Below are positions 47,301 through 56,465 of a stretch of 64,000 nucleotides of DNA, piece by piece; within the stretch, counting starts at the first letter, position 1; each line of letters opens with the position of its first letter. The position numbers and the translations under genes are program-made. The notes under the pieces are model-generated. The model was not told the DNA's origin and searched no databases. It saw nothing but the letters and a program-made list of their open reading frames with translations. The DNA is taken from the IMG/VR virus record IMGVR_UViG_3300027759_006101, positions 248,001 to 312,000 of that record; one strand, given 5' to 3'.

Positions 47301-50161
47301 TTTATAATTCAAGCATTAGAAAATCGACTAGCGGCATTTATCAAATAATTTATATTGACACTAATTTTAATTACTACTTAAGAAAAGTCAAAAATAATTC
47401 AGTAAATGGGCATCTTGATTATTCAAAAAGATTAGTTGCTCAATCTTCAATTGGTGGAACAATTTTTTATCTTGCACGTCCAGAAACTTCTACGACAGTG
47501 TTCACTTGGACTAATTCAAATTATCCAGTTTCTTTATCTGACGTTTATTTAGTTTCAACTGGTAACACAGTTATTCCAAAAACTTACTCAACTGATTACA
47601 CAATAAACCCAAGTAATGGTCAAATCAGTGTTGTAGGTTCTGGCTGGACTGGGACATTGTATGTACATCTTTATGCAGATAATACAGTCCCTTCTTATGA
47701 CGCAGAACCGAAACAAATACTAAATAGATATTATTACATCCCACGAGTAACCAAAGACAGATTTATTTTTACTTCCGGAGTTGCTTTAGGTTCATCTACT
47801 TGGCAAATTGATTCTGAGCATTTTCAAGTAGTAAACAGCATTGGAACTGCTACTACTACTGAAATTAAATTTAATAGAGATAGAAGTTCTTGGCTTGCAG
47901 ATTATGACACAAGCAAGAATTATAGCTCAGTAGCTCAACACATTTTAAGTAGCGACTCAGTATCAAATTATTTCTTCACAGACAGATTGTCATCAGATGG
48001 GTATTATTTTAAAACTGGATTAGGGAATTCGAGTGTTTTCAACGACACAAATCTTATTGATCCAATTACTCTTAATAAAATTGGCTTATTCACTGGTGAT
48101 TTCTATTTAGAAAAGTTAATAAATTCAGGAATTGGAGCTACTCTTACAGACTGGTACGCTGGTTTGGGATTGACTGTTGATGCTAATGTACTAATTTTAA
48201 CTAATAAAACCACACCAGATTATAGCGACAAAATAATAGATTCTTCATATCAATCTTCTTATTATGATGATTTGAATAGATTAATTCTGCAAGATAAAAC
48301 TGGTAAACGATACCAGAAAGTTTACACATTCAAAAGAAATGAATATCAAACTGTCAACTTAGATTATCATTCAGCTTTCGGAGTTACATTATCACCGATT
48401 CAAGCAATTTTGACTAATTCTGCCGGAAGTGGAACATTTGTTTTATATTACGATCCCGCTAATACAAACAGAAACACAAGCAATCGTTCTTGGATTGATG
48501 TTGCTACAAGATCTAGCTTCTTGTGTGCAACAGGTAACACAGGTAGTGTTCCAGATTTCAATGATATAACTTATGTTCCTGTGATAGGGCCTTTGAGTTC
48601 ACCATCTGGGTCAGGTAACACAGCGCAGTTCGATGGTTACGTAGTTGGCACTGGCGATACTATTATGATTAGAAATCAATCAGATAGTACTAAAAATGGC
48701 ATCTATACTTCAGTTGTTAGAAACAAATACACTTTAGTGAGAGCTACTGATTTAAATGCAACTTCAGAATTATATGAGTTAGGTAGAGTTTCATTTGGTA
48801 ATAGAATTTTTGAATTAAATCTGCCAGATGATAATTCTTCATATAACTTAGGAGCGTCAGCGTTAAATACTCCGCTTATATGGAAAAATTTGGGTTCTGA
48901 GTATGTCATCGATGTTGTCGGTTTAGGACATACTAATTTTTCAAATCTAAACGCACTTCCTGATTATATCAATGGAAGAGAAATTAGTGAAGGAAATAAA
49001 GTTTTCTTTTTTGGACAAACTACAAATTCTGAAAAAATAGTTGCAAGATTTAGAAAAAAAGTAATGCCTAATCTAACAAGAGTAGGTAATGGATCAAGTA
49101 CAACTCAATTCCAAATTTCAAGTTTGTACGTAAATGATGCAAATAGAAATATAAACTATGAATTGTATTATGATCCCTCATTGACTTCAGTTGGAACACA
49201 TCCCGTACAATGGTTTAGACAAAATTTTATATCAAATTTTTCACCAGTTTCTTTTGGAAGCACTATCCCGTTAAGTGTCAATAATTTTATTATATTAAAT
49301 GCACAAAAAGGAGATAGAATTTTACTTTTCAATCAAACAAATGAAACTGAAAATGGCATCTATTATTACGACATTGTGAGAAACTTCTATCTGTCAAGAG
49401 ATGAATTTTTAGATTCTGATGATGAAATTTCTGTTGACAAAAAAGTATATGTTTCATCTGGTTTTGCAAACACAGGATATTACGGCTTAAGCTTTGATGA
49501 AGACGTAGTAAGTCCAGGAATTGGTATTACTCCAATATATTGGACAAAAATTAGAGAAAACACAACATTGACTGACGCTAGAGTTGCATCAATTGCAAAT
49601 ATAAATCTAACAAATCCTCCATCGAAAGTTGATGAAATTACTTTAAGAAAATTTGATAGAATTTTACTTAAAAATCAAACATCACAAACTGAAAATGGAG
49701 TCTATATAGTTTCAAGCATAGGTAATTCAAATGTTTGGACCAGAGCCACAGATTTAGATTCAAGTTCAGAACTAATACCTCAACTTTCTGTCAATGTTGG
49801 ATACGGCACTACTAATTCTAATAAAAACTTTAGAATTAAATTGCCAGTTCCAAGAACAATCACTAATACACAAACAACTGCTTACATATTAAACACCGAT
49901 AACATTAATTGGATTGACACATCTTCATCTGAGTTATATGAATCAAGCCCTGAATTATGGCAAAACTTAAAAGCAGGGTATGAAAATGCTGTTTTTCTTG
50001 GGACAGCAAAAATGGGTGTAGAGTCAACAGCTTCTAGTCGTAGTTTTGGAATTGCAGTAAGAACACCAAATTCTACTATTTTATCAGGTTTTGGAATCAC
50101 ACAAAATGGTAAAGTAAGAGGATTAAATTTCAAAGTAGAATATAAAATTACAAAGGACTAA
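44333..50161 (+). CDS. large virion structural protein (1942 aa) with ~11-12 DRVLVKxQ..NGIY domains
   Basis: repeats such as DRVLVKDQSAKSENGIY and DRILLKNQTSQTENGVY; same domain in 30759-31631. Confidence 0.75.
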   Translation: MAHAFLWTELNSSNNTEVSREISSAGFGTNTSTTWTKKLFKLKWINSDVENIRLWIDNEYANIYNTSHYPTIKNTSNLKIIEDLGFEFKFTVFDTFIVNQTNADLATSSNLGSTTIVSSNFLIAPSYIDGIALDTNKKILVKSQSDAKTNGLYKVSSTSGQGTYGGIVAEDILTAAKIVTLNNASYFLYSVGLSPFQSAAAGSTSFKWVNRSTLYQLANVDCATENNLQQSAVGLSTPSLVLDNHTLSTNDRVLVKDQSAKSENGIYFVSSLYQPNANTYYNPYNSSLAADDFWDSALDFIRSNNSLSVQFVNSAVGNSGGYFRYYSGSGLTGGTASTSDLKWANAAYNYKHFGVNWYYEISSGSAIGFSFDLSSNSGTLTSTPRQIVNSSGIATTLATNERVLVKHYLPSFSGIYTVSNVGSGSTGLWVRNTAFDSSSEITQTVVSVANNTNSLGGNIWYLGKTETYNSLFLLNIDPITIQERYYPYTYEPVNNLVNANQTDLTTVNEVYFSNSGIAISQRVLVSGQTSFPAQNGIYSVSSICDVVYGLKLNDNYSVLRGSVARIVNGNTGAGTTYMLYAPGTNTSPGAIGVTWVDITNITNIRCNAETTVNKFSSQYITPNDFDVAVAVGTTVLVRIDDETRNGIYTVSAIGNSQKQIFNYENALSSWTFDIFESVLSEGPAGSHNVSPNFKKQIKGIYQIASIASTETGQIFVPEISFPSFQNYENFFGSEGKGSSLLQDLDIDWYKQDFQKYSVKAVLNVADVSLIPTTSGTAISSLVRSHSGLGNTILQSNDSVLIFVGSGSSSSSALNGIYRPSFTGIGSVYFTQHEDFYFDTKFESTTDKKSLASPYERPSVVSVEQGYMGVGTTFQSKYVYMQGEVAIRANTFSSDYSTEDLEKYLHTGTETFKIGSEIRLNTNTQDLDKFPRLAPIQHTLLADLALDTVSNDILIVKRNGNQLYSLVSGDPSLFYFQINDRVFYYATDEDIYNSSIRKSTSGIYQIIYIDTNFNYYLRKVKNNSVNGHLDYSKRLVAQSSIGGTIFYLARPETSTTVFTWTNSNYPVSLSDVYLVSTGNTVIPKTYSTDYTINPSNGQISVVGSGWTGTLYVHLYADNTVPSYDAEPKQILNRYYYIPRVTKDRFIFTSGVALGSSTWQIDSEHFQVVNSIGTATTTEIKFNRDRSSWLADYDTSKNYSSVAQHILSSDSVSNYFFTDRLSSDGYYFKTGLGNSSVFNDTNLIDPITLNKIGLFTGDFYLEKLINSGIGATLTDWYAGLGLTVDANVLILTNKTTPDYSDKIIDSSYQSSYYDDLNRLILQDKTGKRYQKVYTFKRNEYQTVNLDYHSAFGVTLSPIQAILTNSAGSGTFVLYYDPANTNRNTSNRSWIDVATRSSFLCATGNTGSVPDFNDITYVPVIGPLSSPSGSGNTAQFDGYVVGTGDTIMIRNQSDSTKNGIYTSVVRNKYTLVRATDLNATSELYELGRVSFGNRIFELNLPDDNSSYNLGASALNTPLIWKNLGSEYVIDVVGLGHTNFSNLNALPDYINGREISEGNKVFFFGQTTNSEKIVARFRKKVMPNLTRVGNGSSTTQFQISSLYVNDANRNINYELYYDPSLTSVGTHPVQWFRQNFISNFSPVSFGSTIPLSVNNFIILNAQKGDRILLFNQTNETENGIYYYDIVRNFYLSRDEFLDSDDEISVDKKVYVSSGFANTGYYGLSFDEDVVSPGIGITPIYWTKIRENTTLTDARVASIANINLTNPPSKVDEITLRKFDRILLKNQTSQTENGVYIVSSIGNSNVWTRATDLDSSSELIPQLSVNVGYGTTNSNKNFRIKLPVPRTITNTQTTAYILNTDNINWIDTSSSELYESSPELWQNLKAGYENAVFLGTAKMGVESTASSRSFGIAVRTPNSTILSGFGITQNGKVRGLNFKVEYKITKD

Positions 50162-50221
50162 AGGTATTGTTACTCCCCATAAAAAAATATAGTAATAACA
50201 ATTTATCAAGAGAGATAAAAT

Positions 50222-50701
50222 ATGCATAATTTAGAATCAGGCCTTCACATTATTTTAGATGATATAGCTCCCAATATTCACTCCTTAGAAGAGCAAGCTA
50301 AAATTATCGCTTTAGCTTCGTCAATCATAAATAAAAAATTCAATTCTGTAAGATTATCTAAAACAGATTCTAAAACTGTAGAAGCTAAAATGACCGAAGC
50401 CATTCTGATTTCTATGAGTTCACTCAGCAATTGGGATGATGAAGATGATGAAAATGATTACATTGACGGACGTGGATTGTCTGCTAATCAATTAGTCAGA
50501 AAAGTAGCTAATACTAAACCTTCCTGGGGCAAGATGGACATTATTGATCCTGATGTTTTAGATGATGTATTTTCTTTTGAAGAAGAAGACGTAAAAGATG
50601 AAGAAAATTTCTTTGAAAATGGACAACAGACTACAGAAGTCTTTGACACCAAAGGCAGAGGAAGACATCGTTCAGATTTTAATTTTATGCCAGTAAAATA
50701 A
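50222..50701 (+). CDS. acidic hypothetical protein
   Basis: 159-aa ORF after a late-like motif at 50162; KIIALAS, VRLSK, RKVAN motifs. Confidence 0.7.
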   Translation: MHNLESGLHIILDDIAPNIHSLEEQAKIIALASSIINKKFNSVRLSKTDSKTVEAKMTEAILISMSSLSNWDDEDDENDYIDGRGLSANQLVRKVANTKPSWGKMDIIDPDVLDDVFSFEEEDVKDEENFFENGQQTTEVFDTKGRGRHRSDFNFMPVK

Positions 50702-50702
50702 T

Positions 50703-51284
50703 ATGAAAAAAACAATTTTATCTCAAATGATGCCACCAATGGGAGATCCAATGGCTGCTATGGGTATGCCACCACCAGTAGCTCCTGCAGCTGGTCCGGG
50801 TATGGCTGGGGGTAATGCTGAAAAAATTATCAGAATTCCACTTTCAAATTTAGGTTTAATTTTAGCAGATGTTGAAGTTGAAAAAAAATTGATGGAAGAT
50901 TTTGAAGACAACGAACTTGAACTTGCCAATGAAATTTGGATTATGTATGGTGGCACAGAAGATGGTGGAGTTGTTCAGTCAAGAGTTGGCAAAAGAATGG
51001 AAAATCAAGATGTTAGTGATGAAGAAATTGAAAATACTAACAAATCTCGTTGGGAAAGACTTCCTGATGGAGAAAATTTGGATGATTTAGAAATTGAACT
51101 TTCTGATTTTGCTAATGCTATAAAATATCTTTCATTCGGCTTTTCTAAGAATAAAGCAAAAGAACAGCCAGCTCCTGGCGGAGGAATGCCAGGTATGGCA
51201 TCAAGAAAGCTTGAAAATATGGTAAAATTAGCACGAAATTTGGATAAATTTGGCCTTTATCGTATAGCTGATCGATTAATGTAA
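50703..51284 (+). CDS. hypothetical protein, candidate head-associated protein
   Basis: MKKTILSQ start, Met/Pro/Gly linkers, C-terminal VKLARNLDKFGLYRIADRL. Confidence 0.7.
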   Translation: MKKTILSQMMPPMGDPMAAMGMPPPVAPAAGPGMAGGNAEKIIRIPLSNLGLILADVEVEKKLMEDFEDNELELANEIWIMYGGTEDGGVVQSRVGKRMENQDVSDEEIENTNKSRWERLPDGENLDDLEIELSDFANAIKYLSFGFSKNKAKEQPAPGGGMPGMASRKLENMVKLARNLDKFGLYRIADRLM

Positions 51285-51311
51285 TTATTTCAAATTTGGC
51301 TTGTTTTTCGT

Positions 51312-51349
51312 ATAATGCTATGGTATAAAAATCATAGCATTATTTTTTT
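51312..51349 (+). terminator. hairpin plus T-tract overlapping candidate gyrB -10 boxes
   Basis: ataatgctatg...catagcattat-tttttt. Confidence 0.65.
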
Positions 51350-51364
51350 GCTCAAGGAAAACAA

Positions 51365-53491
51365 ATGGCAAGTCAATACAATGAAAATTCCATACAGATC
51401 TTGGAAAGCCAAGAAGCTGTAAGGACACGACCAGCAATGTACATCGGTGACACTGGTAAGAGAGGTCTTCATCATTTAGTCTGGGAAATTTTGGATAACT
51501 CAGTTGACGAGCATATGGCTGGTCACTGTACTAAAATTGATGTCATTGTTTCTAAAGACAACCGTTCAGTTACAGTTATTGATAATGGAAGAGGCATTCC
51601 TGTAGCCGTAAAGCAAGAAGATCCAAAGAAACGATCTACTCTTGAGATTGTACTTACTGAACTTCACGCTGGTGGTAAGTTCGGCGATGATGGCTCTGGC
51701 TATGAAGCATCAGGTGGACTTCACGGTGTAGGAGCTTCTTGTGTAAACTTTCTTTCATTAAGGTTAGATGTAGAAGTTTGCAGAGACAAGAAGAAGTATC
51801 AACTTAGCTTTGATCGTGGAATTCCTGCGTCTCAAGTGACCGAAATTGGAAATTCATCCTCTACTGGTACAAAAATTACTTTCTCTCCTGACTATAATAT
51901 TTTTGGTCAATTTGCAGTAGAAGATGCTTTTCGTGAAGTTCTCTTGGATGATTTTGACATTGATGAGAAATTTGCAGAATGTTCTGGCAAATGGCGCAAA
52001 GCACTAATCAATGGCCCTGTTAATCTTGAAGTATTCAACCAATGTTTTGGATATATGAACTATGCAGAGGAAATATTAACAAAAGCCTTTGATTCTTGGT
52101 TCAACCATTCTTGGAAAAATATTCATTTTGATGAGTCAGTTATAATCCGCAGATTGCGTGAAACTGCTTATCTTAACGGCGGACTGAAGATTGTTTACAA
52201 AAATGAGCACACTGGTACCAAAGAAGAATTTTTCTTTGAAGGCGGAATTGCTGATTACGTAAGTTATCTTGCGTTTTCTCGGACAGGGGTGTATCCACTC
52301 AAGCCATTCTTCTTTGATAACAAAAGTGGCAAAGTCAATGTTCAAGTTGCATTTCAATACAGTGAAGATGATGAAGAAACAATTTATACCTATGCAAATA
52401 ATATTTTTACCACTGACGGTGGCACTCATCTTAGTGGCTTCAAAACATCTATCACAAGAGTAGTAAATCAATTTGCACGTTCTTCAGGTGTTCTTAAGGA
52501 AAAAGAGCCAAACCTTTCCGGAGAAGATATCCGAGAAGGCATTATTGCCATAGTTTCTGTCCGCCTACCACAACCTCAATTTGAAGGACAAACTAAAGGC
52601 AAACTTGGTTCTCAAGAAGTTGAAGGTGTTGTAAATAGGCTCTTTTCAGAGGCAATCACAGAATATTTTGAAAAAAATCCTTCTGTAGTCAAGAATATTG
52701 CAGAAAAAGCTTTGAGAGCAGCAAAGGCACGAGCAGCAGCAAAGAGAGCATCTGAAAATATCAAGAGGCAAGGTTTTCTTGGTCGTTCAGGTTCTCTTCC
52801 TGGAAAGTTATCTGATTGTAATTCGGAAGATGCAATGTCTACTGAACTTTACATTGTTGAAGGTGACTCTGCAGCTGGAAGTTGCAAGGGTGGTCGTGAC
52901 CCAGAATATCAAGCAGTTATGCCTATTCGTGGAAAGATTATCAATCCAGAGAAGAACGATTATGCCAAACTTATGCAAAATGAAGAAGTTGGTGCAATCA
53001 TTTCAGCTGTTGGTACTGGAATAAAAGATGATTTCAATATTAAGGATCTTCGATATGGCAAGATTGTAATTATGACTGACGCTGATGATGATGGTGCTCA
53101 TATTGCAACTCTTTTGATGACATTCTTTTATAGATTTATGCGCCCTCTCATAACAGAAGGTCATTTATTTATTGCTAAGCCACCACTTTATCGAGTCAAT
53201 TACAAGAATGATAAATTTTACATTCATACTGAAGCTGAACTTGATGGGTACAGAAAGAAGTATGGTGATAAAATAGAAGTCACAAGATTCAAAGGTTTGG
53301 GTGAAATGGATGCTGATGAACTTGGCACAACTACTATGGAAATTGGCAAACGTCAAATTATCAAAGTAAATGTCGAAGATGTTGAAGAAGCATCAAGAAT
53401 CCTAAATGTTCTGATGGGCAGTAATGTTGCTCCTCGCAAAGAACATATCATCGAAAAGTCTGCTGCAAGGATATTAGAAAACAATGGCTAG
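51365..53491 (+). CDS. gyrB: DNA gyrase subunit B
   Basis: RPAMYIG, EILDNSVDE, DNGRGIP, GGLHGVGAS, PQFEGQTK, VEGDSA, PIRGK, TDADDDG, RFKGLGEM. Confidence 0.97.
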   Translation: MASQYNENSIQILESQEAVRTRPAMYIGDTGKRGLHHLVWEILDNSVDEHMAGHCTKIDVIVSKDNRSVTVIDNGRGIPVAVKQEDPKKRSTLEIVLTELHAGGKFGDDGSGYEASGGLHGVGASCVNFLSLRLDVEVCRDKKKYQLSFDRGIPASQVTEIGNSSSTGTKITFSPDYNIFGQFAVEDAFREVLLDDFDIDEKFAECSGKWRKALINGPVNLEVFNQCFGYMNYAEEILTKAFDSWFNHSWKNIHFDESVIIRRLRETAYLNGGLKIVYKNEHTGTKEEFFFEGGIADYVSYLAFSRTGVYPLKPFFFDNKSGKVNVQVAFQYSEDDEETIYTYANNIFTTDGGTHLSGFKTSITRVVNQFARSSGVLKEKEPNLSGEDIREGIIAIVSVRLPQPQFEGQTKGKLGSQEVEGVVNRLFSEAITEYFEKNPSVVKNIAEKALRAAKARAAAKRASENIKRQGFLGRSGSLPGKLSDCNSEDAMSTELYIVEGDSAAGSCKGGRDPEYQAVMPIRGKIINPEKNDYAKLMQNEEVGAIISAVGTGIKDDFNIKDLRYGKIVIMTDADDDGAHIATLLMTFFYRFMRPLITEGHLFIAKPPLYRVNYKNDKFYIHTEAELDGYRKKYGDKIEVTRFKGLGEMDADELGTTTMEIGKRQIIKVNVEDVEEASRILNVLMGSNVAPRKEHIIEKSAARILENNG

Positions 53492-56003
53492 AAGACCAAA
53501 GGTTGAAGATACAACAACAATTATTGATAAAGAAGACCACATTATCAACAAAGAGTTCATCGAACTCTTAGATGATCGGTTTACCAATTACGCTTTTGCA
53601 GTAATGGAAGATCGTGCTCTGCCTGATGCAAGGGATGGTTTAAAGCCATCCCAACGCAGAACTCTTGTCGCAATGAATGACTTGAATTTGCGTTCATCTG
53701 GTAAGACTAAAAAATGTGCAAAGATCTGTGGTGATGTTTCAGGTAACTACCATCCTCACGGAGAAGCGGTTGTCTATCCAACACTTGTTCGTATGGCACA
53801 AGTTTGGTCTTTGCGCTACCCATTGATTTCCCCTCAAGGAAACTTTGGCTCACCAGCACCAGAAGACAAGCCTGCTGCTATGCGTTACACCGAAGCGAAA
53901 TTTTCTGCTTTTGGTGATCAAATGGTTGCTGAGCTTTCAAATCAAGTTGTAGATTATGTATCTAACTACAATGATGAGTTGATGGAACCAACTGTTATGC
54001 CTTCCCTGATTCCAAACCTATTAATCAATGGGTGTTCTGGAATTGCTGTTGGCTGGGCGACAAATATGGCACCTCATAACTTGCGTGAAGTGGCTAATTT
54101 GATTGACGCTTATATCAAAAATCCTGAAATTACAGTAGATGAAATTTTAGAGATTGTTCCAGGCCCAGATTTCCCTCTACCTTGTAAGATTCTCGGAACT
54201 AATGGAGTGAAGAGTTACTTTACAACTGGAAGGGGCTCTATTCAATTGGAAGGCTACCATACAATTGAATCTGAGAAGAACGGTCAGCTTTACATTAAGG
54301 TCACTGCACTTCCATACGGTGGTTCTGCTGAAGGCTTTTGTCGTGAAATCAAAGAACTTGTTGAATCTAAGAAAATTGAAGGCATCACAAACCTCAAGAA
54401 TCTTACAAACAAGAAGGGTATGGATGTCAGGATTTGGATCCATAAATCAGCAAATTCAAATGTTGTTTTAAATCTAATTCTCAAGCATACTTCTTTGCGA
54501 ACAAATTTCTCTGTTAACTCAACAGTACTTATGGGTGGCAAGAAAGTTGTTGAAAATGTTCCTATTATCAAACTTGTAGAAACATTTGTAGAACACCGCA
54601 AAGATGTTTTAACTAGAAAATTTAATGCAGAACTTGATAAAAATAATCGAAGACTCCATATCCTTGATGGTCTCATTGGCATTACCGCTAAAATTGATTC
54701 GGTTATTAAGCTCATCCGTCAAGCTGATGATAGGAATGTGGCACAACAAGAACTCATTGCCCAAGGATTTGTAAAGTCTCCTGAGCAGGCTGATGCAGTT
54801 TTGAAGATTACTTTGGGAAATCTTACTAAACTTGATGTCAACTCTATGACTGATGAGTTCTCAAAGCTCACACACCGAAATGAGTGGCTTGTTGAACAGC
54901 TTTCTTCAGAAAAGAAAATGCTCAGGCTAATTTCTAAAGAGCAACTTGATCTTGCTGCAAAGATTGGCGATGATAGACGGTCAGAAATTGTACCTTCCAT
55001 AGAAGATTTCAATTATGAAGACTTGATTAAAGAAGAGCAAATCATCGTATCTCTTACAAAAGATGGCTACATCAAGCGTGTTCCATTGGATACTTTCAAG
55101 ACACAAAATCGTGGTGGAAAAGGTGTCATTGGCGTAAAGTCTCGTGAAGAAGATGAGGCTTCAGACTTCTTTTCAGGCACGACTCACGATTTGTTCTTGT
55201 TCTTTACAAATCAAGGTAATTTGCTGAAGAAAAAGGGCTATGAAATTCCATTAGCAACAAGAACTTCCAAGGGTGTTCATCTTAACAATCTTTTGAACTT
55301 GACTGAAGCAGAATCAGTATCATCAACAATTACACTCAAAAGTTTAGATGTTGATGGCAACTTTGTTATGGTCACTAAGAAAGGTCTCATCAAGAGGTCT
55401 GAGATTAGAGACTACAACACCAGTCTTCGTAAAAGAGGACTAAAGGCCATCTCATTAACTGAAAATGATGAGTTAGCATTTGTAATGCAAACAGATGGTA
55501 CTCAAGATGTTATGATTGTCACAGCAATGGGAATGGCTGTAAGGTATTCAGAAAATCTTGTACGGTGTATTGGCAAAAATGGGCAAGGTAGTCGCTCAAT
55601 GCTTCTAAAAGCAGAAGATACAATTGCTGCAGTTCTAGCAATTGATGCTGATGCTGATCCTTCAATTCTGGTAATTACTGAATTTGGTAAGGGTAAGAAG
55701 ACTTTTGCTTCTGAATACCGTTCTACTGCTGGTAGAGCAGTCAAAGGCCAAAGAACAATCAACACTCTTAAGAGAGAAGCTTCTGGAAAAATTGTAAGTG
55801 CAGTGGCATTATCAGATAATGATGAAATATTAGTGCTTACAAACAAGGGCAAAATGATGAGATGTAATCTTGACTCTCTTCGAAATAAATCCAAAGTCAC
55901 ACAAGCAAATAACATTGTGTCCCTTGATGACGGAGACACTGTGCAAACTGTTAGTGTAGTTCCAACTTCAAATAAGGACTTTGAAGAGGAGTTTACAGAA
56001 TAA
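53484..56003 (+). CDS. gyrA: DNA gyrase subunit A
   Basis: RALPDARDGLKP, YHPHG, AAMRYTE (catalytic Tyr), GPDFP, GyrA box QNRGGKG, C-terminal pinwheel repeats. Confidence 0.97.
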   Translation: MARRPKVEDTTTIIDKEDHIINKEFIELLDDRFTNYAFAVMEDRALPDARDGLKPSQRRTLVAMNDLNLRSSGKTKKCAKICGDVSGNYHPHGEAVVYPTLVRMAQVWSLRYPLISPQGNFGSPAPEDKPAAMRYTEAKFSAFGDQMVAELSNQVVDYVSNYNDELMEPTVMPSLIPNLLINGCSGIAVGWATNMAPHNLREVANLIDAYIKNPEITVDEILEIVPGPDFPLPCKILGTNGVKSYFTTGRGSIQLEGYHTIESEKNGQLYIKVTALPYGGSAEGFCREIKELVESKKIEGITNLKNLTNKKGMDVRIWIHKSANSNVVLNLILKHTSLRTNFSVNSTVLMGGKKVVENVPIIKLVETFVEHRKDVLTRKFNAELDKNNRRLHILDGLIGITAKIDSVIKLIRQADDRNVAQQELIAQGFVKSPEQADAVLKITLGNLTKLDVNSMTDEFSKLTHRNEWLVEQLSSEKKMLRLISKEQLDLAAKIGDDRRSEIVPSIEDFNYEDLIKEEQIIVSLTKDGYIKRVPLDTFKTQNRGGKGVIGVKSREEDEASDFFSGTTHDLFLFFTNQGNLLKKKGYEIPLATRTSKGVHLNNLLNLTEAESVSSTITLKSLDVDGNFVMVTKKGLIKRSEIRDYNTSLRKRGLKAISLTENDELAFVMQTDGTQDVMIVTAMGMAVRYSENLVRCIGKNGQGSRSMLLKAEDTIAAVLAIDADADPSILVITEFGKGKKTFASEYRSTAGRAVKGQRTINTLKREASGKIVSAVALSDNDEILVLTNKGKMMRCNLDSLRNKSKVTQANNIVSLDDGDTVQTVSVVPTSNKDFEEEFTE
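55975..56001 (+). promoter_or_regulatory. putative late promoter AGGA-N19-GAAT inside the gyrA 3' end
   Basis: 9 nt before the ATG at 56011. Confidence 0.5.
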
Positions 56004-56010
56004 AATAATT

Positions 56011-56397
56011 ATGGCTAATTCGTTGTATGACAGTGGTAGAGATGGATTCCTCAAGGGTGAATTCAACTGGAGTTCTGATACTTTCAAAGTAATTTTACTT
56101 TCGTCAGCATATTCAGTAAATCTATCAAGTCATACAACGACAGCAAATATTGGTGGAACAGTTGCTATCTCAGGTGGTTTATCAACATTAGTCCCTGGTG
56201 CTGGTGTAGCAGATGCTAATGACATTACATTATCAAGCGTAGCTGGAACAACTGTAACGCAATTTGTAATTTTCCATGATTCTTCAAAAAAACTTGTAGC
56301 TCACATTAATGACTCAACAAACTTACCTTTTACGCCTAGTGGAGGAAATGTAACTTTGCAATGGGATAATGGAGTAAATAAAATTTTCAAGCTGTAG
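56011..56397 (+). CDS. phage virion structural protein; start corrected to MANSLYD
   Basis: MANSLYD..FL.G..NW..DTFKV, GVADAND, LPFTPSGG.V.LQWDNG.NKIFKL pattern recognised from phage structural regions. Confidence 0.7.
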   Translation: MANSLYDSGRDGFLKGEFNWSSDTFKVILLSSAYSVNLSSHTTTANIGGTVAISGGLSTLVPGAGVADANDITLSSVAGTTVTQFVIFHDSSKKLVAHINDSTNLPFTPSGGNVTLQWDNGVNKIFKL

Positions 56398-56419
56398 AAC
56401 TCAATCTACAGCTTTTTTT
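56389..56419 (+). terminator. intrinsic terminator
   Basis: aagctgtaga-actcaa-tctacagctt-ttttt. Confidence 0.8.
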
Positions 56420-56465
56420 ATAGGTATTGCAGGTGTTTATTGGAAAAATATAATTAGGACTTGCA

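Noticed and set aside
51905-52126. Intein or intron in gyrB
   Set aside because: Frame is continuous, the insert is short, and splice-junction residues are missing
52136-55939. Overlapping ORFs within gyrB/gyrA
   Set aside because: Fully inside conserved genes with no supporting signals
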